43,210 nt of DNA from Nemertoderma westbladi (lineage: Eukaryota > Animalia > Xenacoelomorpha): contig JAUCBJ010004918.1 in the NCBI GenBank assembly GCA_032718475.1, positions 1 to 43,210 on the forward strand, in the 5' to 3' direction. The position numbers and the translations under genes are program-made. This document shows, piece by piece, positions 24,054 through 35,300 of this stretch. Under the pieces are notes generated by a model that searched no databases, was not told where the DNA came from, and worked only from the letters and a program-made list of their open reading frames with translations. How positions within the stretch are numbered: position 1 is the first letter of the stretch; each line of letters begins with the position of its first letter.

Positions 24054-25645
24054 GGGGGGGGTACACCCCCCTATGGACCTTTTTTGCAAATGGCTATAAT
24101 TTCTGCTTGTGTGTAATTTTGTATCTTTTATACCTTTCGGGGGATTAACATATGGCCAAAGATTGGGTTCAAAAAAAAATTTTCAAATTTGCGTCGCCCT
24201 CTAGCGGCCGCGGCCACCAGCGAAATTGTTAATTTCACTAAAAACACTACTAGTCTCACAATTTTGGGCGAAAATTTTCGAAACTTGGTTTTTCTGAATC
24301 AGCATCCTCGGCTCCACAAAACTTATCGGTTACATTTTTTATTTAGGTCTTAAATATTTTTTAAATATTATTAACTAATATTAATTATTACTTAATAGAT
24401 ATTAACTAATTTCAAGAAATTAATATGGCACAATTCAAAATTCTAACCGATAACTTTTGATCAAAACCCGAAAATAAATCAAACAAAAAAAAATTTCGAG
24501 AATTGGTTAAGAAATGGCTGAGTAGTAGTATTTTGAATGTGAAAAATACAATTCCGAGATAAACGCATTTAAAGTTTAAGAACAATATATTTCAAATGTT
24601 CCCGCTATTTTCAGTACTGGTATCTCCTTTTCTTTTCCCATTGGTTATCCCCTATCCATATTTTGTGATTTCTCAATGGATTTCATGAAATTTGGTTCAA
24701 AAAAACCCCTACCCACTTTTAACAACCTGTTAAAATAATTTTAGAGTGCTTTCCAAAAAACACTTCGCGCAGCACGTGAACAAATTACATTTTGGCGTAT
24801 TGATTTGATCGCATACTATTTCGTCATTTAGTAATAAATAGTCATGGAATAATGAAATAACCTTAAGAAACATTCAAAATTATATAAAAATTTCCACATA
24901 ATTTTATAATAAGCCTTTATACAGAACATTAAGCTTTGCGCAGCACGTGAGACATTTGCGCAGCAGGTGAAGGTTTCACGTAGCACTTAAATTCTTCATA
25001 AAGCACGTTAATTAATCGAGCACCTCGGAAAGCTTTTTGATCAAAATGAGAAGCCTTCACGCGGCACATGAAAAGTTCATGCTGCACATGGAGACTTCGC
25101 GCAGCACGTGAATTGTTCTAAGAGCCTGCGGAATTAAAAAAAAATAAGTTTATGTTGTTTCCCAGAATAATTATTACTAGCTATTGTTATATGATGGTTC
25201 ACATTTGTTATTACTAGTAGACAACTAGTCCATTAGACAACTGTTCAATATGTAATACAAAACTCACAAATATCTATTAAATATATATTAATTAAAATTT
25301 GACGGACATGTTGACAGACAGACAGACATACAAACAGACAGACAAACTGAGAGACAGACTGAGATACAGATATAGTGATTAGATAATTCCAAATATTAAA
25401 ACAGACATCGACATTAAGAAAAATCTTAACAGTAAACATTTCAGATTGCTTATTTTATGCCCTTTTTAATATTTTGATGGACAGACAGACAGACATACAG
25501 ACGGAAAACCAGCCATTACTCGAGAAGTAAAAGAGATCTCGCTAAGCCCTTTCCAGATTTGAAATCCGCATTAAATTCTACTCTAGATGAAATAAAAAAA
25601 CAAAAAATGAAAATTTTGACCTGAGGGGGGGGTGTACCCCCCCCC
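24054..25645. mobile_element. Non-autonomous Kolobok-type DNA transposon inserted in the BEL integrase
   Basis: TTAA TSD at 24050-24053 and 25646-25649; TIR ggggggggtacacccccc..gggggggtgtaccccccccc (purine start fits Kolobok rather than piggyBac). Removing it rejoins DDQLTTLL|IEIEAVLNTRP. Interior has repeated gcgcagcacgtga motifs and (GACA)n tracts. Confidence 0.85.
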
Positions 25646-27129
25646 TTAACAACGTCGTCAGTTGGTCATCTATCAATATGCGTTGCATCGGTATTACTTT
25701 CGCCATTGCCGTTTTTATTGATCCAATCAATCTCTCCCAAACTCCGCCTCTGCATGGATTGTCGGAAGTGTTAAAGCTCCAGACAATTCTGTGAGGACGT
25801 AGTTCGTTGGAGATTTGATTTGGTGCAATTTTTTCAAGGCTCTGCAAATTTCGTTCCGCGCACCCACAAAGTTGGTCCCTTGTTCACAATGTATGGATTT
25901 GACCAATCCACGTCTAGCGATAAATCGCCGTAAGGCTAGGATAAAGGCGTTGGTGATTAGATCTGTTACGCATTCGATATGAACCGCCCTACTTGCCATG
26001 CAGGTGAAGATCAGTCCCTGAAGATCAGTGAATATCTTAACCTGTACCCATCCACGTTTTGCGATTAGGGGTCCAAAACAGTCTATCCCCGTCTTGGTGA
26101 ATGGGGGTCTAAAGGCCGATAACCGAGCTAGTGGTAGTTCACTCATTTCTTGGTGTCCTATCCTCGCGTACACCTTCTTGCAAATAATACAGTTGCGTGT
26201 TACTGAACTCAATGCCTTACTAGGCCTAATCAGTACAAACCTCGAGCGTAAGTGTGATAAACAGTGATGTCTACCTACATGTTTGAGTTGTACGTGTGTG
26301 TCCAGTATCATAGCGCGCTGTACCTCATGGTGTGATGATGCGGTATGATGATAGGATACCTAAAGTCTAATGCAAAGTCAATGTTTTGGAGTCTGAACTT
26401 GTGACATTGCAAGCCTTTGTATATTATTGGACTCTAACTCAAGATCGGTAGAGACTTTATCTGTTTACCCTGATTGATCGCTGTGAACGCACGTGCGAAA
26501 TATCGCAATTGATAATGTTTAATAATATCAATTTCACAACTATCAACTTCAGCCAAGGTTAGTCTACTTGGAAAGTCGCGTTTGCCTCTGGCATATTGTC
26601 TCAAACGTTTGTGTGTGACTAGTGACGGGCCTTGCGGCCCGTCACGTTTGTGTCTCAAACACTTGTGGCATGCATCCGTCCATGATCTATTTAAATTAAG
26701 TATCCTGTCAACGTAAGTGTTTCTGACGTCATCAGGTAAGGTATAGTCATAGTGTGGATACTTGTTCGGACTTGGTAGGCCCGCTTCCTTCCAGTGAGTG
26801 TCTCCCTTTGTGCAATGGGTTTGTCTGAGTCCTTAAGTACTTTAATCTCCATGGTCTTACCTTTACCGCCTGCACTCGGTGAGTCGACTGGTAGTAATGG
26901 TTTCAACTCTACAGTATCAGTGTGTCCTTGTGGGCTTGAAGCCTCCTAACTTTAGTCACACGTATGAGTCAAGTATTTTCCTTAAGCGGAGTGTGACCGC
27001 TGTTGCCACACTGTCGTAATGACTTAAGGAAGTCAAAGTAGGTAAGTTGGTAATACCTAATGGGTTTGTACTAGTCTGCTCTAATGGGTTTATTGCAGCG
27101 TCATAGCACTTTTCGGTCGATCATCTAGT

Positions 27130-27385
27130 GGAAAGTCTGGCAGACAGTCTGGTGAGGCGTCCGGTGAACAGGCTGGTGAGATGTCTGGTGAAACATATTA
27201 TGGAACTTCCGGCGAAATGTTCTGTCGCCTGTCCCATAGAAAGTCTGGAGTAGCTTCTGGCACAGTGTCTGGTCTAAATTCTGGTGGACAGTCTGGAGAG
27301 ATGTCTGGTCGAGAGTCTGGTGAGAAATCCATCGTAAAGTCTGGTGGAAAATCTGGTCATACGTCCGGTAGACAATCTGTCGAAA
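27130..27385. repeat. Degenerate ~12-bp low-complexity repeat (tctgg core) in a foreign segment interrupting RNase H of BEL copy A
   Basis: Recurrent (g/a)tctgg(t/a/c); similarity with copy B stops right after PRGELQA at ~27400. Confidence 0.6.
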
Positions 27386-30300
27386 GCTCCATAAATCGTC
27401 CTGGCTTGTAGCTCTCCCCGAGGTACTGTCATATATTTCAAAGGCATGGTTTTAGCCCTTGAAGTAACGAAAGACACCTCGTAGCTGTCCGATATCACTT
27501 GTCGTCTAAGGTATAGAGTAACCCCCAGCCCATCCTTGCTAGAGTCGATGAAGCTGTGAAGCTCCAGATCGGCAGGAGAGGTAGTCTGTAAAGGAAAATA
27601 TACCCATGGTATCGTATAGTCCTGTAGGAACATCAGTTGAGCCTCCCAGTTCCTGCATTGCTCGGCTAGCTTTTTTGGGATGGGGTCATCCCATTCCAGT
27701 CCGGCGTGCCAAATGCTGTGGAGTATGATCATAGCATGTGGATCACTGGACTGATGAAACACAGTGGGTCATACAAACGACTCATGGTAGATAAGCAGGT
27801 CCTCTTAGTGAGAGGTCTCGCCTGGTCGTTAGCCCTTAAGCGCACCCTAAAGTTGTCGGTGTTCGTGTCCCAACTAAGTCCTAAGACTTTGGTCGTAGGC
27901 AGAGGTTCTAGATCTACATCTAGGTCACCCCCGCTACAATCTGTCGTGTCAAATGAGTTCGTTCACCAGTTCGGAGATATTGGAAGCGAATTTGGTGAGG
28001 CGGAATCCGCCCTCGGCAAGACAGTCTTGGAGTTGGTATGCTACGGTTGTAGCATGCTCCAGAATGTCACAACTCTTGAGGCCGTCATCCATGTAAAAAT
28101 CCCGCTCCACTGTCCGAACTACTTCTGGGTCTAGTTTGTCTCGTCTGTCTAATGCGGTCTGTTTAAGGGTATACATGGTACAGTTGGGGCTGTCCCGGGC
28201 CCCAAAAACTCTTACCTGCATTTGGTAAGTTTCTGGTGGAAGATCTAAGTTTCCGTCCGGATACCAAAGAAACCTCAAGCTGTCTCTGTCCCTCTCCAAA
28301 GCTCTAACATCTACATGGCCTCTACATCACATGTGAAGGCCACCTTGCGTTGTCTGAAACGCTTCAGGACTCCCATGAGGTAATTATTCATATTCGACCC
28401 ATCCATCAACTCACTGTTCATAGACATTTCTTGATAAAGCGCGGTGCAGTCGTTGACTACACACACCTTGCCAGGTTTGTCCGGATCTCAAACAATGTGA
28501 TATGGCAGGTAATATGTCTGGTCTGTGGTTACCTCAGGGTTTGTCATCCTAATCGAGTATCCCTTTTGGAGATACGTCTGAAGTTTCGCATTGTATTTCA
28601 TATGGGCCGTCTTATCATGCAACAGCCACTGCCGTATCGACTTGAGTCGTCTCAAGGCAAGCGGGTAGTTGTTGATGAGCTTAGGTTGTCCATGGCGCCA
28701 CAACATCCCAACTTCGTTGTGGCCATTCGCATTCTGGCGAATGGTATCCTTCATTATCTTTAAGGACCGTTTTTCCTGTTCTGACATAGCAGTCTCTTTA
28801 ACTACCGGGTTCTGCTGAGTCCTGTTCTAACCACTTGATGGCTTTCTCAGCCAGCAGTCTGTCAAGCGCTGCTTGCACTGCGCCATGGTCCTCGTCTATG
28901 TCGTCGTCCGCTGCAGTGGCTAGTGTCAATATGTCTGGTAGGCTTGCAAGCCTTCCGGTGTCACTAGTCAGCATCGAAACGTCTCGAGGTGGTTCGGCAA
29001 CCTTTTGATCTGTCGGTAGGCTCGCAAGCCTTCCAAGATCAGCGATTGGTGTCAAAGCCTGGTGGATGGGGTCAACTACCTTTGGATCTGTCGGTAGGCT
29101 CATATGCCTTCCAAGACCCTCGTTCATCGAGACATCCACAGCAACAACCCTTTGTTCTTCGGTGGTCGATACAACCTGTTTCGCTGCAAGTAGCTGTAAT
29201 TTAGAGGTCTGTATGGTCTCGTCCAAGTCTGTTACGTTGGTGTTAGTGGTGAGTCTGTCGTGGTACTGTATGTACAGTAGGACCACAGGAATGTGAAGGA
29301 GAATTAGCTAACGTAGTAGTTAATAAACTACATGTGCTCAAGACGTCGTCCTCCTGGTCAATCACCTCTAGGGAACGCACAGGCGCTCTCGTATACTAAC
29401 CTATGGGGGTTCTACAAGCGTAAGGGTTACCCGCTGTTACTACAGATGGGCGTGTCTCCCATACTTGATGCAAGTTGAACTGGTCTATCCCAATCAACAT
29501 CGCAATTGAGCAATAGTTAACAGGACATTCCGGTATTCCAAGATGTTGGAAATACTTACGGTCTTCTGGGCATTGTTCTGGCACAGGACCAAGTAGGTTA
29601 CTAAAGTCCTTGGTGGCAGCAAAGGCCAAATTCCTTACCGGAAGTAGTGAGCATTCCTGTCTACTTTGTTCTGCTTTGGAAAGAAGAGTATCTAAGGTTA
29701 GTTTGACTCTAATTACAGGTATCGCTCTCTTAACATGCATGCTACTAACAGTATACTGAGCAGTCTTACCTTGGCTCATGTCTGTAACTACGTCGGCCAC
29801 TTGTTTGTCAATGTAGCTGTGTGAAGATGCAGAGTCCAAGATAGTCCAAAATACGCTTGCTCCCTCGAGTTCCGGTGATCTTAATGGGAATCACGCTGAA
29901 TCCCTTCAACTGATTATGTGTAAGGAGTGTTACAGATGGTCGTTCCTCCTCTCCTGCATGCACGTAAAAGGTTTCGTCCTTGTCCGACGAACCTGATTGA
30001 TCCACATAATCCATATAGAAGGTACGGATTTCGCGCAGTGCGCGCTCTTTATAAAGCGCATCACATCAGGCCGCTTTATCGGGATGTTCTTGTCAAAAAC
30101 GCTTAGTCGGAGTATGGCTAGTAGTGTGAAGCAACGCGTCATGGTTGCATCCACACAGAGGATATATGTCATCACTTGGGCAGTCCTTCCGGACGTGTCC
30201 AGGCATGGTACATCTCCAGCAAGATTCCAACGGGCGAATCTGGAGTCGTCTTTCCTCAACTCCTAGATCCTTGAATGCGCGACATCCTCGTAGCTTGTGT

Positions 30301-31569
30301 CCGCTGTATCTTCCGCTGTTCCGCTCGCGGAATTGACATCCCACAAAGTCTGCCAGCAACTGTTGAAGTGGCTGCTTGGTGCCAATAGGCGTCAGAACCT
30401 TGGAGGTATCCGTAGGGGTAGCATAGGTTACAGCTTTCGCGCTCGTCGGAAATTATTTGGTCCGATTCAGCGCAACAATAGTAATTCCTTCTGCCACTAT
30501 GTGATGGTCTGTGTAGTTAGACCGTGTCTCAACTACAGCCTCTCGCGAGATCAACTGGTAAACGTCGGTGAGTTTCAATAGTCCGCCGGCCTCTTCACAC
30601 AGGTACTCTATCCGGTGCCATTCTCGGCGCAACCGATGGTGGAGTCTGCCGATGATCCGGATCAGAACTGTAGGCGCGTTGGCATACTCGAGTTGACAGA
30701 TGTCCCTATAGCGTTTCTAATTTCATCCGCAAGTTGTAGAAGATCAATAGGTTTTGAAATGGGCCTGCCTTTACAGAGGTCTTCTATAATGGATTTAGCC
30801 ATGGCTACGTTACTGTCGTATATGGGAAATAAACGGTCGTATGCCAACTCAAAGGCGTTTAGAACACCAATAAAGGTCTCCACTAACCTCTTCGGGTCAC
30901 CTGATAACCAAATCCAACTGTCCACGTCCCTGTCTGTTCGGCAATAGCGTCCAGTCGTTCTCATCCGTGCATTGTTCGTCGGTACGAGATATTAACGGGA
31001 TCTTCTCCTCGATGATTTGAAGTTTGTCGTGCCTCTGGTTCTCTATACGGTGGTTGTTGTGGTCGAGATTATTCTAACTCCATGCTGGTTCATGATCGAT
31101 CCAATGGTGGGGCTTCTAGCCGCTCTTCGATCTGAGCCAATCGGTCCGCTACAGGTCGCATTATCTCGGTGAGTTGTCTAATGATAATCTCCTCAGCTGG
31201 TTGCGATACGGATTTCTGTACAGGTGTTTCTCATGGAGGGTTGTCAATGTACGGGTTCGTAGATCTTTCTTCCCATTTATAATCGCCTCCCGCCACTCCA
31301 GTACGGAATATTTCCCTTTCCGTCTACTCCGTGCCACTAGATGAGTCACTGTCATCGGGATAAGGTGGTTGGCGGGTTTGCGTTATTATACATTTATTAT
31401 AGGAAGGGATCTAGGGGTCTTAACCTCGAATGATAAGTTTATTTTACCGAAAATAACTTATCTTTTATTGGCGCAATTGTAGGACTAATCCCATTACATG
31501 CGTACTTTTTAACCGGGTAGTGTACAAATTTAGGAATCACGTAATTTTTCTTGAAATTAATATCTCATA

Positions 31570-31826
31570 TCTCTCCAAACCACGTACGTATTTTGGGCCC
31601 TTGCCCTTGTATAAGGGGAGTAAATATGTCGTTAGCCATGTAATCGGACATTTGGCATACATAAAACATAATGTGAATAACGCAAATATATAATGAAGCA
31701 GGTGTCCAAAACCCCCTTTTAGTGCCTCGTTAGATATACCGTCTGGTCCTGACGGTTTCTTTTGTTTTTGTTGCGATAATGTTTTGGCTATTTCTGGGGT
31801 TGATATCGGCTTTACAACTATGACCT
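31570..31826 (-). mobile_element. Short fragment of a non-LTR retrotransposon RT N-terminus, between the two BEL copies
   Basis: Minus strand reads KPISTPEIAKTLSQQKQKKPSGPDGISNEALK..CPITW..YLLPLYKGKG, the K.PGPDG and P..W..P.YKGKG motifs of LINE RTs. Confidence 0.75.
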
Positions 31827-32369
31827 ATTGGTACTACGTAAAAACTTTCAAAAGTCCAACACATTTGCCTTGTTTTATAGTTTGTTACAATTTGCATATT
31901 ACCTACTCTAGTTATAATTTGGCATAGGTTGCTACTGGCACAGTGGTCCAGTAGGTTAAGGCGCAGGTTACATCCTAGGTAGGTCAAGAGTTCGAATCTG
32001 GGTCAGTAAAATTTATATTTCGTGCTATTTATTTTCCGTTTCATTAAGTCAGAAAGGCCAATGGAGTGCGTACAACACATGGACGGATTAGTTGGGCCAA
32101 TCATAGGGATTTTGATAATTTATTGGTCCAATGCGAGTTCATAGAATGTGGTAGAATGTTCTAGTGGATTCCATGCTTAGGATTTCCTATGTAAGGTGCC
32201 ATTTGCCCTTCAGTTATCACTTACTTCAACTAGTATTTCTAACTCACTTAGTTAACTTGTCTTCTTTGTTAATTTGTAACGTTTAGTCAAACTCAATAAA
32301 TCTTTGTCATTTATGTTAAAAATATACTGCAAACTCAGAACATGTAGTTTTTAGCGTATCTATCTTGAA
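31827..32369 (+). repeat. 5' LTR of BEL copy B (truncated)
   Basis: Near-identical direct repeat of 37777-38314; contains CCAAT boxes, a TATA-like box and AATAAA (~32296). Terminal TG/CA and PBS not seen. Confidence 0.85.
31937..32010 (+). promoter_or_regulatory. tRNA-like Pol III A/B-box cassette inside the LTR (second copy 37887-37960)
   Basis: A box TGGTCCAGTAGG (31944-31955) followed by TTAAGGCGC, B box GAGTTCGAATC (31988-31998), T-rich run downstream. Does not fold into a complete cloverleaf. Confidence 0.65.
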
Positions 32370-35300
32370 TCTATCTGCCTGGACGGGAGGTTAGAGACAC
32401 TTACCAATTTTCTCCGTAGATGCGGCGTACCAATCGAAGAACCAGAAGTTGTACCGAGAGGAACGACGGAAGTTCTAACTACGGAAGTCTTGCGAGCCTA
32501 CCAAATTCCACAAATGGATAGATCGTTCATTAGTGTACGGAGCGACGTTGGCGACGTTAGTCGGACAGCATTAGTGATTACTCAACAATAACAGGAGGTC
32601 GCATGCCGACAACAAGTCACCGAGGAAGAAGCTCAATGGCAGATGGCACAAGTTGCTTTCGAAGGAGAGAAACAACGTAGGGAAGACGTAACACAAATCG
32701 CTCAACTCCAGGCCCAAGCCAAATTTGAAGCATCAGAGATGCGGAGACTGGAGGAGCCAGGTGACTGGAGGTGGAGAAGCGGCTGCAGCGGCAGCAGCTG
32801 ACGAGTTAGCACGACAGGCAGCAGCTGACGAGTTAGCATGAGTTGCGGCAGCGAATACAGCCGAGTTAGCACGGAAGAAAGCGGCATCCGACACTCCTGC
32901 CGAGTTGGAGGCGCGACAAATAAAAGCTCGTTTAGCTATACAGGAAGCGGAGTTAGCGGCACAACAACAGGTGGCCGAATGACGCGAGAGATAGATCTAT
33001 AAGGTTTCGAGCTGGATATGACTTGTCTGCACTGGATCGCAGGGAGACTCGATATCGCGAAATCCAGAAACGAATAAAGGAAGGAAGTGTAGGAATGATC
33101 GAGCGGAGAGAGGAATTCGTCGAGGGTTATTGCCAACGTTTTCCCCAAGTTATTCCTATGCTCAAACCCACGACTCCAGTAAAACCGATCATAGTTGCGA
33201 AGCCGAAAGAAATATCACCTGTGTGTGCAACTCAAAATAATAGGTTTGTTATACCGGAATCAGTACTGCAGTCACGAGCGACTTCATTGCCGATTCTAGC
33301 GGGTAAGGTAAGCAGTCCACCCACTGTAAGCCTTAGTTTACTTATAGAGAGAGACGAACCTGTATTTATGACAGTGAAACAGGTGAGTAAACCGGTTGCA
33401 GTTAAACCTGTCACGTGCTGCGTGAACCCTGTTATTTATAGACCAACAGTACTTCCTAACTCCGATTTATTTACTAGACCACTCACTCAATGTTTATCGA
33501 GACCTATGACTTCGTGGAAGGCCTGCGAGCCTACCGAACAACAAAGAACCGTGGCCCTGTATAGTACCCACAGATTTGAACTGCGTTTATCAAGACCTGC
33601 GACTTCGTGGAAGGCTTGCGAGCCTACCGAACAACGAAGAAAAGTGGATGCCGAACCAAAACAAATGTGGCCGCAGTACCGCAGTAACCAGCGCGAAGAG
33701 CCGGCGGACTATTGAAACTAACGGATGTCTACCAATTGATCTCACGGGAGGCCGTAGTAGAGACACGGTCGAACTACTCTGACCATCACATAGCGGCACA
33801 GAATCGGACCAAACAGCTTCCGACAAATGCGAAGGCCGTGACTTACGCAACACCGATGGATACCTCCAAGGTACTGACACCCATTGGCAGTCCAACAGTC
33901 TCGACAGCAGCTGTCCGCAGATTTCATAGGATGTCAGTTCTGCGAACGGAATGGTGGACGATACAGCGGATACAAGTTACGCGGATGTCACAACTTTAAG
34001 GATCTAGATCCGTCCGTTGGATTCCTGTTGGAGATGTACCATGCCTGGGCATGTCTGGAAGGACTGTCCAAGTGACGACACTTGTCCTCTGTGAGGATGC
34101 AACCATGATGCGTTGCTCCACACAACTAGTCATACTCCGACTAAGCATTTTCAACGTGAATATCCCGAGAAAGCGGTGAAATGCGACGCACTTTACAAAG
34201 AGCGCGCGCTGCAAGAAGTCTGTATCCTCTACATGGACTACGTAGACCAATCAGGATCATCGGACAAAGACGACTCGGAGGACGAAACCTTTTACATGCA
34301 TGCGGGGGAGGAAGAGCAGCCATCAATAACTCTCCTTACACAGAATCAGCTGAAAGGGTTTAACATGATTCCCATCAAGATCACCAGAACCTGAGGGAGC
34401 AAGCGTATATATGCTATCTTGGACTCTGCATCTTCACATAGTTATGTTGATGAACAGGTAGCCGACGTAGTCACTGACATGAGCCAAGGTAAGACTGCTC
34501 AGTATACTGTTAGTAGCATGCATGTTAAGAGAGCGATACCTGTAATTAGAGTCAAACTAACCTTAGATACTCTTCTTTCCAAAGCAGAACAAAGTAGAGA
34601 GGAACGCTCACTACTTCTGGTAAGAAATTTACTTGGTCCTGTGCCAGAACAATCTCCAGAAGATCGTAAGTATTTCCGACATCTTGGAATACCGGAATGT
34701 CCAGTTAACTATCGCTCAATCACGATGATGATTAGGACAGACCAGTTCAACTTGCATCAAGTATAGGAGACACGCCCATCTGTGATAACGGTGGGCAACC
34801 CTTACACTTGTAGAACTCCCATAGGTTAGTATACAAGAGCGCCTGTACATTCACTAGAGGTAAGTGACCAGGAGGATGACGTTCTAAGAACATATAGTCT
34901 ATTAACTACTACATTAGCCAATTCTCCCTCACATTCCTGTGGTCCTACTGTACAGTCAGTACCACAACAGACCTACGTTGCTACAGACATCGACGTAACT
35001 GACTTGGACGAGACCACACAGACCTCTACCTTACAGCTACTTGCAACAGAACAGGTCGTATCGACTACCGAAGACCAAAGGGTTGATGCCGTAGATGTCT
35101 CAATGAACGAGGATCTTGGAAGGCTTGCGAGCCTACTGACAGATCCAAAGGTCATCGAACTGCCTCACAACGTTTCGATGCTGACTAGTGACACTGGAAG
35201 GCTTGCGAGCCTACCAGCCATATTAATGCTAGCCACTACAGCAGACGACGACGTAGACGAGGACCATGGCGCAGTGCAAGCAGTGCTTGACAGACTGTTG

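Larger units (their letters stand above)
21372..31360 (-). mobile_element. Decayed BEL/Pao LTR retrotransposon, copy A (gag-PR-RT-RNase H-IN-ORF3); no LTRs recognised
   Basis: gag knuckles CWRC...GH....C..C...HDALLH (~30120-30340); protease LDSASSHSY (~29830); RT VFGARDSP and FYMDDGL (~28090); RNase H ELHSFIDSS..SRAK..PRGELQA (~27400-27570); integrase H..H..CIIC, GIDCFGP, GGVWERLIGSIK, IEAVLNTRP, FWEVWQKHYL, RPVQRL (23600-26310). Many stops and frameshifts. Confidence 0.93.

Noticed and set aside
28937-29112. CRISPR-like array (palindromic 20-nt repeats at 78-bp period)
   Set aside because: The spacers resemble each other, the context is a eukaryotic retrotransposon and no cas genes are present.
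33023-33715. 230-aa ORF as an independent host gene
   Set aside because: It lies between the 5' LTR and gag knuckles of BEL copy B and is part of the decayed gag.
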